Positions 1 to 9,087 of a stretch of DNA of 64,000 nt are shown one piece after another. A program made the position numbers and the translations under genes. Each line of letters starts with the position of its first letter. Within the stretch, counting starts at the first letter, position 1. The notes under the pieces are model-generated. The model was given only the letters and a program-made list of their open reading frames with translations. It was not told where the DNA came from and did not search any database. Source of the stretch: Leptolyngbyaceae cyanobacterium (GTDB lineage Bacteria > Cyanobacteriota > Cyanobacteriia > Phormidesmidales > Phormidesmidaceae); NCBI GenBank assembly GCA_965263355.1, contig CBDHHL010000032.1:1-64000 (forward strand), written 5' to 3'.

Positions 1-93
1 GGTGATGATAATGACGCCGCCAATGATCTCACTGGGATAACGAATAAACTGAATCCACGTTCTTTTTAGTTCGCCGATGAGTAAGTTAAACAT
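1..93 (-). CDS. 5' end of ABC-2 type transporter permease (partial, runs off the left edge)
   Basis: Hand translation MFNLLIGELKRTWIQFIRYPSEIIGGVIIIT resembles the N-terminus of ABC-2 permeases (ELKR.W....RYP followed by a TM helix). Not in the ORF track. Confidence 0.7.
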   Translation of the reverse strand, partial: MFNLLIGELKRTWIQFIRYPSEIIGGVIIIT

Positions 94-208
94 TCAGAAT
101 CCATATGGGATAGGCATTTCTACATGATGACGGATAATGGAGTTTAGCCCAAGGCTTGAGTTGAATCGTCAGTTTGGGAACTGGTAACTGATAAGAAGAG
201 GCTTAGCG
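47..208 (-). repeat. Repeat A copy 1: upstream region plus first 16 codons of the resident ABC permease gene
   Basis: Near-identical to 2267-2434, 5012-5187 and 6116-6291. Confidence 0.95.
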
Positions 209-220
209 GAAACATAGGCG

Positions 221-631
221 CTAAGCATGGACTGGAGGTGATTGGATGTCTAGCTGGGCCATGAGATCGGTTAGGGAGATCTGACGCAATTGAGCCAGGG
301 CCATCAGGGTTTTCAAGTGTTTAGCATCGGCCTGCTCAACGGTATCAATCAGGGTCAGCAGGTCCTGGTGTTCTTCTGGGGAAATGGTTTCTGCCTGTAA
401 TTTGGCCTGTAACTGATCTTAGTGCTGCAGGGTTTCTGGAGGTAAACCCTGGTTGATTTGCTGGAGTAGTTCGGTTTCTTGGGCTGACAGACTACTTATC
501 TTACGCTGGGCTAGCCGTTGGGTAACTTGCTCAGCAAAACGTTCCAGTTCAGGCGTTTCCAACTGAGCGACACCAGCCAGGAGCTGCTCCAGGTCAATGT
601 TGATTTGGGAGGTAACTTGAACCGATGTCAT
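221..631 (-). pseudogene. HNH-partner protein (family often labelled STAS/SEC14 in cyanobacteria) with premature stop
   Basis: Same 411-nt length as the intact copy at 6620-7030; TAA at 419-421 where copy 2 has TAC. Confidence 0.85.
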
Positions 632-761
632 GGGCTGAAATTTTGACAGAACGTTAGCTTGGCTCTGTTTCCTCAGCTTGAATTATAGTTCAATCGTGCC
701 CAGCAACTGAGTTGCTAGAATGTGAGTAAACCGCCCATTAACTTAATCGGCAGTGAGCGCC

Positions 762-908
762 ATGGCATCTCTTGAGCAAATCCAGCAAGAACTCAAAACC
801 CTCTCCCCAGATGCTTTGAATCTAGTTCATCAGTTTGTCCAACTACTCAAAAAAGCTATTGCCCTCGCCGAACAGCAAGAGAATACATTGTCCCAAGCCT
901 CTGATTAG
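762..908 (+). CDS. 48-aa DUF2281-like putative antitoxin or fragment
   Basis: MASLEQIQQELKTLSPDALNLVHQFVQLLKK...; duplicated at 2987-3133. Confidence 0.5.
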   Translation: MASLEQIQQELKTLSPDALNLVHQFVQLLKKAIALAEQQENTLSQASD

Positions 909-939
909 TTAATTGCCCAACTCCCTTGCTTATCAGCAC

Positions 940-1356
940 ATGCCTTCTAAGGACCTTCACCACAATGCTGTTAAAAATGCCTTAACAAAGGATGGTTGGC
1001 TAATCACAGACGATCCTTATATCATCAAATATGAAGACGCTGAACTTTATGCGGATTTGGGTGCTGAGAAAACCTTGGCTGCAGAGCGTCAAGGGCAAAA
1101 AATTGTAGTTGAGGTTAAAAGTTTCGTTGGTAAATCCATGATGTATGACTTTCACGGTGCCCTGGGTCAGTACATCGTTTATCGTGATCTTATTCAGCTA
1201 ACGGAGCCAGAGCGGACGCTTTATCTGGCCATTGATGATTTGGTCTATTCGGAGTTTTTTCAGCGTAAGTCAATATCTGTTATTGCTCGTCAGAATCAGC
1301 TACGACTCATAGTGGTCGATATTACTCGGGAGGCAGTTGTGAAATGGATACCGTAG
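940..1356 (+). CDS. xisH: XisH family protein (fdxN element excision factor-like)
   Basis: KDLHHNAVKNALTKDGWLITDDP, ADLGAEK, VEVKSF and ALGQY motifs; overlaps xisI. Confidence 0.92.
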   Translation: MPSKDLHHNAVKNALTKDGWLITDDPYIIKYEDAELYADLGAEKTLAAERQGQKIVVEVKSFVGKSMMYDFHGALGQYIVYRDLIQLTEPERTLYLAIDDLVYSEFFQRKSISVIARQNQLRLIVVDITREAVVKWIP

Positions 1357-1697
1357 AAAGCTATAGAAATACGATTAAAACCCTGCTGGTTAACTATTAC
1401 GACCGCTCTATCTCACAAAATCATCATCAGCTACAGACAGAAGTTTGCGATCGCTTAGCTCTAGATGATGATCGCGACCAATATCTCTGGTTTCGATTTG
1501 GCTGGCAAGATAAAATCCTGGTACAGCATATCATCATGTATCTCTGCATTAAGGATGGTAAAGTCTGGGTAGAGCAAGATTCTACCGACCTATGTATTGT
1601 CGATGATCTGGTTGTCGCTGGCATTCCGGCAAACAACATCGTTTTGGGTTTTCATCATCCCCAAAAGCGAGTTTTAACCGAATTTGCGCCAGCCTAA
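1344..1697 (+). CDS. xisI: XisI family protein
   Basis: IKDGKVWVEQD and GIPANNIVLGFHHP motifs; translationally coupled to xisH. Confidence 0.92.
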   Translation: MDTVESYRNTIKTLLVNYYDRSISQNHHQLQTEVCDRLALDDDRDQYLWFRFGWQDKILVQHIIMYLCIKDGKVWVEQDSTDLCIVDDLVVAGIPANNIVLGFHHPQKRVLTEFAPA

Positions 1698-1819
1698 TGC
1701 AAAGCAATAGAAACTTGACTGTCGGATTAGTCGATACATTGCGGCAACTGAGCCATGATGTTTTGACTTACTATGAGGCTGATAAGGGACTTGCCAAAAA
1801 ATAACACCCCCTACCTGAA

Positions 1820-1851
1820 CCATCCACCCATCCACTCATCGACTCATCCAC
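1820..1851 (+). repeat. Short tandem octamer repeat (C/T)CATC(C/G)AC x4, STRR-like
   Basis: ccatccac ccatccac tcatcgac tcatccac. Confidence 0.7.
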
Positions 1852-2001
1852 AGCCTTTGACGGGTACTTTATTTCCAAGCAGTTCCCTAATGCCAATCAG
1901 CGCTGCCTGATGATCAGGTTCTAGCCATTATCACAGTGATGGCAGGGCCATGCTCACTTGCAATTTTGGCTATCCCTTTCACCCTCTTAAATATTGAGAA
2001 T

Positions 2002-2128
2002 ATTGAGCTAAATATCGCAATTGAGAATACAGCTCTCAGAACAGTAGTCGTTTTTCTTTCCTCTGAGCCAGCGGGAACAAACTCATTCTTGTTATTATCT
2101 CAGTTTTTTAAGTAGTTCTTCTGTGAAG
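2002..2128. repeat. Repeat B copy 1 (~127 bp, diverged copy at 7175-7301)
   Basis: attgagctaaat...cagctctc...cagtagtcgttttt...agtagttctt..gtgaag at both loci. Confidence 0.85.
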
Positions 2129-2446
2129 TGATTGTTTCCCATTTTGGGGGCATCAATCAATTTTGTTGTTCAATAACAAATGGTCTAGCAAAGATAGAAC
2201 AACCTACTAATGGTTAAGCTTAGCTCTATCAGTTTGTTTAAACATGCTCATGAGATAAGCCATGACTTTCGGAACTGAATCCACGTTCTTTTTAATTCAC
2301 CGATAAGTAGGTTAATCATGCAGAATCTATATAGGGCAGGTGTTTCTATATGATGACGGATAATGGAGTTTAGCCCAAGGTCTGAGTTGAATCGTCAGTT
2401 TGGGAACTGGTAACTGATAAGAAGAGGTTTAGCGGAAACATAGGTG

Positions 2447-2856
2447 CTAAGCATGGACTGGAGGTGATTGGATGTCTAGCTGGGCCATGAGATCGGTTAG
2501 GGAGATCTGACGCAATTGAGCCAGGGCCATCAGGGTTTTCAAGTGTTTAGCATCGGCCTGCTCAACGGTATCAATCAGGGCCAGCAGGTCCTGGTGTTCT
2601 TCTGGGGAAATGGTTTCTGCCTGTAATTGGCCTGTAACTGGTCGTAGTGCTGCAGGGTTTCTGGAGGTAAACCCTGGTTGATTTGCTGGAGTAGTTCGGT
2701 TTCTTGGGCTGACAGACTACTTATCTTACGCTGGGCTAGCCGTTGGGTAACTTGCTCAGCAAAACGTTCCAGTTCAGGCGTTCCCAACTGAGCGACACCA
2801 GCCAGGAGCTGCTCCAGGCCAATGTTGATTTGGGAGGTAACTTGAACCGATGTCAT
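2447..2856 (-). pseudogene. HNH-partner protein, frameshifted copy
   Basis: 410 nt versus 411 nt; 1-bp deletion (tgtaattggcc versus tgtaatttggcc). Confidence 0.85.
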
Positions 2857-2986
2857 GGGCTGAAATTTTGACAGAACGTTAGCTTGGCTCTGTTTCCTCA
2901 GCTTGAATTATAGTTCAATCGTGCCCAGCAACTGAGTTGCTAGAATGTGAGTAAACCGCCCATTAACTTAATCGGCAGTGAGCGCC

Positions 2987-3133
2987 ATGGCATCTCTTGA
3001 GCAAATCCAGCAAGAACTCAAAACCCTCTCCCCAGATGCTTTGAATCTAGTTCATCAGTTTGTCCAACTACTCAAAAAAGCTATTGCCCTCGCCGAACAG
3101 CAAGAGAATACATTGTCCCAAGCCTCTGATTAG
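2987..3133 (+). CDS. 48-aa DUF2281-like protein, duplicate of 762-908
   Basis: Same sequence as 762-908. Confidence 0.5.
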   Translation: MASLEQIQQELKTLSPDALNLVHQFVQLLKKAIALAEQQENTLSQASD

Positions 3134-3164
3134 TTAATTGCCCAACTCCCTTGCTTATCAGCAC

Positions 3165-3340
3165 ATGCCTTCTAAGGACCTTCACCACAATGCTGTTAAA
3201 AATGCCTTAACAAAGGATGGTTGGCTAATCACAGACGATCCTTATATCATCAAATATGAAGACGCTGAACTTTTACAACTCTACTACGACTCATAGTTGT
3301 CGATATTACTCGGGAGGCAGTTGCGAAATGGATACCGTAG
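3165..3340 (+). pseudogene. xisH: xisH with 251-bp deletion and 10-nt filler
   Basis: Lacks the equivalent of 1049-1299; tacaactcta (3274-3283) sits at the junction. Confidence 0.9.
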
Positions 3341-3450
3341 AAAGCTATAGCAATACGATTAAAACCCTGCTGGTTAACTATTACGACCGCTCTATCTCAC
3401 AAAATCATCATCAGCTACAGACAGAAGTTTGCGATCGCTTAGCTCTAGAT
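3328..3450 (+). pseudogene. xisI: xisI 5' fragment
   Basis: Matches 1344-1466, then unrelated sequence. Confidence 0.9.
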
Positions 3451-3716
3451 TCTGAAAAATGAGGATGGAACAGAGAATAACAAGACCATAAACCCAATCC
3501 CCATGAAAATCATGCCGAAAGATGTGGGTCTGGGCGGCTCGGTGGTGGACATCGGTGAACTCAATCGCCAAATGAAAGAACAACTTGGGCCAATGACGGC
3601 AGGGCGCTTCGCCTTCCAAATGTGCGAGGGCACAGAGTCAGTCGAGTTCGGGGTAAAATGAAATATTTTTTCTACGATACAATTGAGTAACTGAGTAACT
3701 AGGTTAAACTCGATCC

Positions 3717-3917
3717 GTGGTCACATCTCTAAATATAAGCGAAACGTTATTGCAAGAAGCATTGGCCCTTGATGGCCAAGAAACGCTTGATACTTTAATT
3801 GAAACAGCACTGCGTGAATATATTCAACGACGCAAGCGCCTCAAAATATTAGAACTCTTCGGCACCATAGATTATGACGAAGGCTATGACTACAAGCAAC
3901 AACGTCATCAGCCATGA
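3717..3917 (+). CDS. vapB: VapB-type antitoxin
   Basis: 66 aa with LIETALREYIQRRKRLKILELFGTIDYD; ATGA overlap with the PIN gene. Confidence 0.85.
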   Translation: MVTSLNISETLLQEALALDGQETLDTLIETALREYIQRRKRLKILELFGTIDYDEGYDYKQQRHQP

Positions 3918-4324
3918 GCGTTATTGTTGATACTTCGGTTTGGTCATTAGCTTTGCGTCGGAAAACACCACCCGAGTCTTCCTCTGCCGTCCAAGCCTTG
4001 CGGAATCTTATTACTGATGATCAGGTTGCTTTGTTAGGGGCAATTCGTCAAGAAATTCTTTCTGGAGTCCGCAGCTCTGAGCAGTTTACTCGTCTGCGGG
4101 ATTATTTTCGAGGTTTCTCGGATCTGAAACTTGTTCCAGAAGACTATGAGCTTGCGGCAGAGTTCTTCAATACGTGCCGTCGCAACGGCATCCAGGGATC
4201 AAATACTGACTTCTTGATTTGCGCAACTACCCATCGTCGAAGCTATAGCATCCTTACGACTGACAAGGATTTTCAAAGATTTCAAGCACATATCCCCATC
4301 ACACTATCATCTGCTGACGGCTAA
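3914..4324 (+). CDS. vapC: VapC PIN-domain toxin
   Basis: VDTSVW, QEILSG, TDFLI and TTDKDF PIN acidic motifs. Confidence 0.92.
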   Translation: MSVIVDTSVWSLALRRKTPPESSSAVQALRNLITDDQVALLGAIRQEILSGVRSSEQFTRLRDYFRGFSDLKLVPEDYELAAEFFNTCRRNGIQGSNTDFLICATTHRRSYSILTTDKDFQRFQAHIPITLSSADG

Positions 4325-4416
4325 ACAGCTATTCGTAGGTTCGTTAGAACAGATCAATCCAATCAAAATACTGGCCCATCGACTACACTAAAACCATCAG
4401 CTCAACCACAAATTCC

Positions 4417-4980
4417 ATGGTTCCCAATGCCCTGCGCTGGACAACCCGAGACCTCGACGCCATGCCCGACGATGGCGGCTGGAAACGCTATGAAGTCATT
4501 GATGGAGACCTATACGTGACCCGTGCTCCCCATATTCGCCATCAGGGCGCAGGTGGCAACATTCATTTTGAACTAGAAATTTGGTCCAGACAGTCCCAAC
4601 TAGGTAAACCATTCCAAACCCCAGGTGTCATTTTCACTCCCACCGATGCCGTCATTCCCGATGTCGTCTGGATCAGCTACGATCGCCTCGCCAACGGCAT
4701 TGATGACGCTGGACACCTGATTGTCGCCCCTGAACTCATGGTGGAGATTCTTTCTCCCGGTGACCTAAATGAACAGCGAGATAAAGAAGTCAAACTTAAA
4801 CTCTACTCCCGCCATGGCGTTCAGGAATACTGGATCGTCAGTTGGCAATTGAAAACTCTAGAAATTTACCGCCGCACTGCTGCGCAACTTCAACTTGTCA
4901 GCACCCTGCTAGAGAGTGATACACTCACCTCCCCCTTGCTGCCAGGTTTCAGTACTCCCATGGCTCAAATTTTCCAATGA
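4417..4980 (+). CDS. Uma2 family endonuclease
   Basis: RYEVIDG, IPDVVW, APELMVEILSPG, DKEVKLKLY and GVQEYWIV motifs. Confidence 0.92.
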   Translation: MVPNALRWTTRDLDAMPDDGGWKRYEVIDGDLYVTRAPHIRHQGAGGNIHFELEIWSRQSQLGKPFQTPGVIFTPTDAVIPDVVWISYDRLANGIDDAGHLIVAPELMVEILSPGDLNEQRDKEVKLKLYSRHGVQEYWIVSWQLKTLEIYRRTAAQLQLVSTLLESDTLTSPLLPGFSTPMAQIFQ

Positions 4981-5011
4981 GAATTTCACCATTTTCGAAG
5001 CGAATCATCAC

Positions 5012-5187
5012 TTTCGGAACTGAATCCACGTTCTTTTTAATTCGCCGATGAGTAGGTTAATCATGCAGAATCTATATGGAATAGGCATTTTTACATGATG
5101 ACGGATAATGGAGTTTAGCCCAAGGATTAAGTTGAATCGTCAGTTTGGGAACTGGTAACTGATAAGAAGGGGCTTAGCGATCGCACC
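5012..5187 (-). repeat. Repeat A copy 3 (176 bp, HIP1 at 5177-5184)
   Basis: 175/176 identical to 6116-6291 by manual comparison; encodes MINLLIGELKRTWIQFRK*. Confidence 0.95.
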
Positions 5188-5360
5188 CGTATTGGACCGT
5201 TTACTAACGTATAACACCATGACCACAACAATACGGCAAGAAGCACTGCGGTAATTTTGGCAGAGCATTTTAGACATGGGTGAATGCTCTCGGTCGATCA
5301 GTGAGATTTCAATACCTATCGCTGGAAAATACTCACCCATTCCCTTTTTTTTGCTTTTCC

Positions 5361-5759
5361 CTAAATAAATAAACTAGGAGAGACCTTAAACAATTCAGCC
5401 AAAATCTTAGCTTGAGTCTTGCTAATCGATCTTTTTCCATTCACAATTTCCGATACCACTCCACTAGAGCCCAAAATCCCCACCAAATCTGCCTGACGAG
5501 TCCCACTTGCCGCCATAATATGACGCAGAATCTCATCTGGTGCAGACTCTGGCATAGGATATTGCTCTGTCTCATAAGCCTCAATCAACATCACCAACAG
5601 CCTATGAATCGCTGTTTCCTCAGGGGTCCGGTTAGGGTTAAACGTTAATTTCTCAACAATACCCAACGTGCGCTCATATTCTAGTTCTGTTTCAATCACT
5701 TTTGGAGTCGCTTCTAAAAGCAATTCGTTATAAGCCACCGGATTAAAAGTAAGGGTCAT
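5361..5759 (-). CDS. higA: HigA-type HTH antitoxin
   Basis: LIEAYE and QADLVGILGSSGVVSEIVNGKRSISK HTH; downstream of higB. Confidence 0.9.
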   Translation of the reverse strand: MTLTFNPVAYNELLLEATPKVIETELEYERTLGIVEKLTFNPNRTPEETAIHRLLVMLIEAYETEQYPMPESAPDEILRHIMAASGTRQADLVGILGSSGVVSEIVNGKRSISKTQAKILAELFKVSPSLFI

Positions 5760-6009
5760 TTTTCCACTTATCCTTATCGTATTCAGCGTGAGTTAAGAGG
5801 TACTTGTAATAGACAGTTTGGCTAACATAGTCAATACCAACAATTAGTCGATATTTATTACCCTTTACATTGAAGACAGTAAAATTACCCACTGCCTCAG
5901 CATCTCGATAAATTCTTCTCACATCCTCCAGCTTTTCCCAGTTAGCTTTTTTAACCACCGCGTACCAAGCCTCAATTGCCTGAAGTTTTCGAATCGAGAT
6001 CAAATGCAT
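5743..6009 (-). CDS. higB: HigB toxin (88 aa, apparently with a short N-terminal in-frame deletion)
   Basis: MHLISIRKL...WYAVVKKANW...VFNVKGNKYRLI...LTHAEYDK; shorter than typical ~100-aa HigB. Confidence 0.85.
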   Translation of the reverse strand: MHLISIRKLQAIEAWYAVVKKANWEKLEDVRRIYRDAEAVGNFTVFNVKGNKYRLIVGIDYVSQTVYYKYLLTHAEYDKDKWKNDPYF

Positions 6010-6115
6010 CGATGATGCCCACATTGAGGTTTCAAATAATTGTACTCTCATTTTGAGAGGATCGAGTATAATAAAGGTAATTACCGTCTCAATCCAGGGC
6101 ACAACGAATAGTCAT

Positions 6116-6291
6116 TTTCGGATCTGAATCCACGTTCTTTTTAATTCGCCGATGAGTAGGTTAATCATGCAGAATCTATATGGAATAGGCATTTTTACAT
6201 GATGACGGATAATGGAGTTTAGCCCAAGGATTAAGTTGAATCGTCAGTTTGGGAACTGGTAACTGATAAGAAGGGGCTTAGCGATCGCACC
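6116..6291 (-). repeat. Repeat A copy 4 (176 bp, HIP1 at 6281-6288)
   Basis: Direct repeat of 5012-5187; the pair brackets higBA. Confidence 0.95.
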
Positions 6292-6384
6292 ACTGTTGGA
6301 CACCTGAGTATCCATTAACTGACTATTCCACAAACGACTTACAACAATAATTATCAACCTATTGACCGTCTTACCACCCTACAG

Positions 6385-6627
6385 CTAACCTTCATTCGGA
6401 GGATGCAGCCCTGCCAATAGAAGCAGTCGTCGAAGATTATTGTAACCACCGCAGGCTAGGGCTAGATTCATTAAGGATGTTTCTCCGCCTGTAGATACTG
6501 GAATAATGTGCTCCATGACAAAAGGTTGCGAGGCGTAGTCCATAGAACTTTTACAATATTCGCAACGTCGCTTAGCACGTTCGATCACTTTGCGTTGCTG
6601 CTCTGCAGAAATATATGCACTAGGCAT
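6385..6627 (-). pseudogene. HNH endonuclease with in-frame internal deletion
   Basis: RCEYC..EHIIP..GG..NLALACGG is joined directly to the C-terminal NLRRLLLLAGLHPP; the second CxxC/N motif is incomplete. Confidence 0.75.
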
Positions 6628-7030
6628 GGACCGGAGGAGGCTGGATATCTAGCTGAGCCATAAGGTCGAGGAGAGGCATCTGACGTAGTTGAGCCAGTGT
6701 CATCAAGGCTTCAAGGCGCTTGGCATCAGACGGTTCAACGGTGTCAATCAGAGTCAGTAAGTCCTGGTGTTCTTCTGGAGAAATAGTTTCTGCCTGTAAT
6801 TTGGCCTGTAGTTGGTCGTAGCGCTGTTGGGTTTCTGGGGGCAAACTCTGGTTGATTTGCTGGAGTAGCTCGGTTTCTTGAGCTGGCAGGCTGCTTACTT
6901 TACGCTGGGCTAGAAGTTGGGTAACTTGCTCAGTAAAGCGTTCCAGATCAGGCGTTTCCAGCTGGGCAACATTGGCCAGGAGCTGATCCAGATCAATGTT
7001 GATTTGGGAGGTGACTTGAACCGATGTCAT
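6620..7030 (-). CDS. HNH-partner protein (putative antitoxin; often labelled STAS/SEC14), intact copy
   Basis: 136 aa, overlaps the HNH start; two decayed paralogs in the window. Confidence 0.75.
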   Translation of the reverse strand: MTSVQVTSQINIDLDQLLANVAQLETPDLERFTEQVTQLLAQRKVSSLPAQETELLQQINQSLPPETQQRYDQLQAKLQAETISPEEHQDLLTLIDTVEPSDAKRLEALMTLAQLRQMPLLDLMAQLDIQPPPVHA

Positions 7031-7174
7031 GGGCTGGAATTTTGACAGAACGTTAGCTTAGCCCTGTTGCCTCAAATTAAATTATAGCTAAACCATGGGA
7101 AATGGTTTTTCTTTAGGCAGTTTCTGATAAGTTAGCTTAGGTCAGCACATATCGATATCACCTCCGACAAACTC

Positions 7175-7301
7175 ATTGAGCTAAATGTCACAGTTGAGGA
7201 CGCAGCTCTCGGGGCAGTAGTCGTTTTTCTTTCCTGTGAGCCAGTGGAAACTAACTCATTTTTGTTATTCTCTCAGTTTTTTGAGTAGTTCTTTGGTGAA
7301 G
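7175..7301. repeat. Repeat B copy 2
   Basis: Diverged direct repeat of 2002-2128. Confidence 0.85.
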
Positions 7302-7330
7302 GGTAAGATTCGTTCAATCCATATTCCAGG

Positions 7331-7368
7331 AATAAAAAGCCCGTTAGCAACTAAGGTCACTAACGGGG
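7331..7368 (-). terminator. Rho-independent terminator
   Basis: CCCGTTAG/CTAACGGG stem followed by TTTTTATT on the minus strand. Confidence 0.65.
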
Positions 7369-7536
7369 TGGATGGTTTTGTTATTCGCTAAATCAATAAT
7401 TCCCGTTTTGACGTTCCCTCTAACAGCAATAGTTGCCGATTGGAATCAATACAGTCTCTGATTGTGTAGGTGAGTCGTGAATAGTGAGGCAGATTGGGTG
7501 ATATCCTGTAGCAACTGACGGAATGTCTAGGGCAGT

Positions 7537-7569
7537 AAAAACCCGCTAATAATCGAGACTATTAGCGGG
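7537..7569 (-). terminator. Rho-independent terminator of the PEP-CTERM-like gene
   Basis: CCCGCTAATA/TATTAGCGGG stem plus T5 on the minus strand. Confidence 0.7.
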
Positions 7570-7655
7570 CCAGTCTGTTGTATTACTTTTAGTATTCCCA
7601 GTTGAGCTGGGAGGCTTTTTGAGAACAAGCGACAAAACCACTCATCGCCCACCCA

Positions 7656-8270
7656 TTATTCTGCCCACTCATTGTTGTATTTGCGTAATGCACGCATTCC
7701 TAGCCCCAGAATTCCAAGTAATAAGCTGGGTCCCGGAACCGGTGTTGTTGTATCTGGATTAATCGGTGTGCCATGCAGATTAATAGAAAAATTTCCAATT
7801 TGATTTTCTGTTTGGACTGCAGAAAAGCTACCGATGGCAGTACCCAAAATCTTTCCATCTAAATCTACAATATTGCCGCTAAGCATTGAATCAACGGTAA
7901 AACGATTGTTACTGGAAAATCCGGCAAAAACCTGTTGACCAGCATCTAAGTTGAAAACAGCCGCTTCCCCAAGAAATTGAAAACCGGTGATATACGATGA
8001 AACAGGGGCATAGACACTGTTTTCTGTAATGCCAAAGTCTTCCAGTACTCCCTCTAGGAGTATAGAGCCAATTTGTAAAGCATTTGGGTCTACCACAGTG
8101 AACTGAGTATCGTTATCAGGAATTTGTACTTCATTAGTAACCGATAGTTCAGCTGGTAAACCATTTGAAGTATAGCTAGCATTACCTCCGATACTGAAGG
8201 CTTGGGCTGGAATTGCTGATAAGCTAATGGTGATAGCTGTAATCGCTGAAGAGAGTTTGATCAGGTTCAT
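7656..8270 (-). CDS. Secreted PEP-CTERM/PTPA-CTERM sorting-domain protein
   Basis: Signal peptide ending PAQA; C-terminal PVPGPSLLLGILGLG followed by basic RALRK. Confidence 0.8.
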   Translation of the reverse strand: MNLIKLSSAITAITISLSAIPAQAFSIGGNASYTSNGLPAELSVTNEVQIPDNDTQFTVVDPNALQIGSILLEGVLEDFGITENSVYAPVSSYITGFQFLGEAAVFNLDAGQQVFAGFSSNNRFTVDSMLSGNIVDLDGKILGTAIGSFSAVQTENQIGNFSINLHGTPINPDTTTPVPGPSLLLGILGLGMRALRKYNNEWAE

Positions 8271-8479
8271 TTGACTGCCAATGAAGAGTGAAAGAACTAC
8301 AAAACTGTCGGAATTTTTGTTAAAAGAACCCTGATTCTGACTCAGTTTTCCCAGCAACATTTATTGCTAACACCTGCCTTACTAGGTATAAGGAACTTAA
8401 CGCTAATTTGCGTCTATGCTGAAATAAATGGATTTGAAATAGTATTTATACGGATGTTATTGGATATGAGGTCAACATA

Positions 8480-8893
8480 ATGAAAAAGAACTATGTACTT
8501 CTTGCAGCAGTTTTGCTTGTGGGTGCCTTTGTGCCCCAGAGAGCCTTAGCCGATGAACGGTGGTCAACAGAAGAATATGACGTAGTCTATCAGGATGAGC
8601 GCAATAGGACTGCAATTTGGACCTATGGTGATGGTGTTGGTACCATTTTTATTGATGGTTTGGCAGGCGTTTACACAGACCGAGAATCTTATTCTGGCTA
8701 CTGGGTACAAGCATCTTCTTCGTTGCGCTGCGATACTTTTAGAGAAGATGCTAGTGGTGAACCGACTTACTATTGGGGCAGGTTTGAAATTACATTTATC
8801 GATCCAGACTTTCCTTCCCGTTGGCAAGCCATGATTGGCCTTTGCGATCGCACACCCACCATTACCCTAACCGGTACTCCCATCATGCCTTAG
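8480..8893 (+). CDS. Secreted hypothetical protein
   Basis: GAGG RBS, signal peptide ending ALA, two Cys. Confidence 0.75.
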   Translation: MKKNYVLLAAVLLVGAFVPQRALADERWSTEEYDVVYQDERNRTAIWTYGDGVGTIFIDGLAGVYTDRESYSGYWVQASSSLRCDTFREDASGEPTYYWGRFEITFIDPDFPSRWQAMIGLCDRTPTITLTGTPIMP

Positions 8894-8959
8894 TGCAAAA
8901 ATACTATACAGACAAGTTAAGGGTATCCACTCAAGTCGGGAAATTCTGGTTAAGTAGGA

Positions 8960-9020
8960 ATCTAGAATCCAGGGACCAGAATTCAGAAAGGATATGGCTC
9001 CTGGCTCCTGGCTTCTGACG
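8960..9020. repeat. STRR-type heptamer repeats
   Basis: (t)ccaggga/ccagaat/tcagaaa and tggctcc tggctcc tggcttc. Confidence 0.5.
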
Positions 9021-9087
9021 TCTATCCTTGAGAAAACTTCCTGCTTTAAGTTAGTACCCCGAATTAATTATTAGTTCCCGCCTGCCC

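Larger units (their letters stand above)
2267..3450. repeat. Duplication of 47-1466 (repeat A, HNH partner, DUF2281-like, xisH, xisI 5' part) with an internal deletion
   Basis: Near-identical sequence; similarity stops 12 bp after the HIP1 site at 3431-3438. Confidence 0.95.

Noticed and set aside
940..1697. xisH/xisI as evidence for a heterocyst fdxN excision element, or as partners of the recombinase at 53985
   Set aside because: No fdxN or nif genes and no adjacent xisF; XisHI pairs are common stand-alone TA-like modules in cyanobacteria.
3451..3660. ORFs 3392-3619 and 3445-3633 and a 52-codon plus-strand ORF
   Set aside because: No recognisable motif; probably a gene fragment inside the array.
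5140..5345. Minus-strand ORF 5140-5340
   Set aside because: It runs into repeat A. A stop-interrupted plus-strand frame (MTTTIRQEALR*FWQSIL...) looks more gene-like but cannot be identified.
47..6291. Repeat A as a CRISPR array or as integron attC sites
   Set aside because: Units are ~170 bp with kb-scale gene-containing spacers, match a protein-coding gene's 5' end, and lack attC R/L box symmetry; no cas or intI gene is present.
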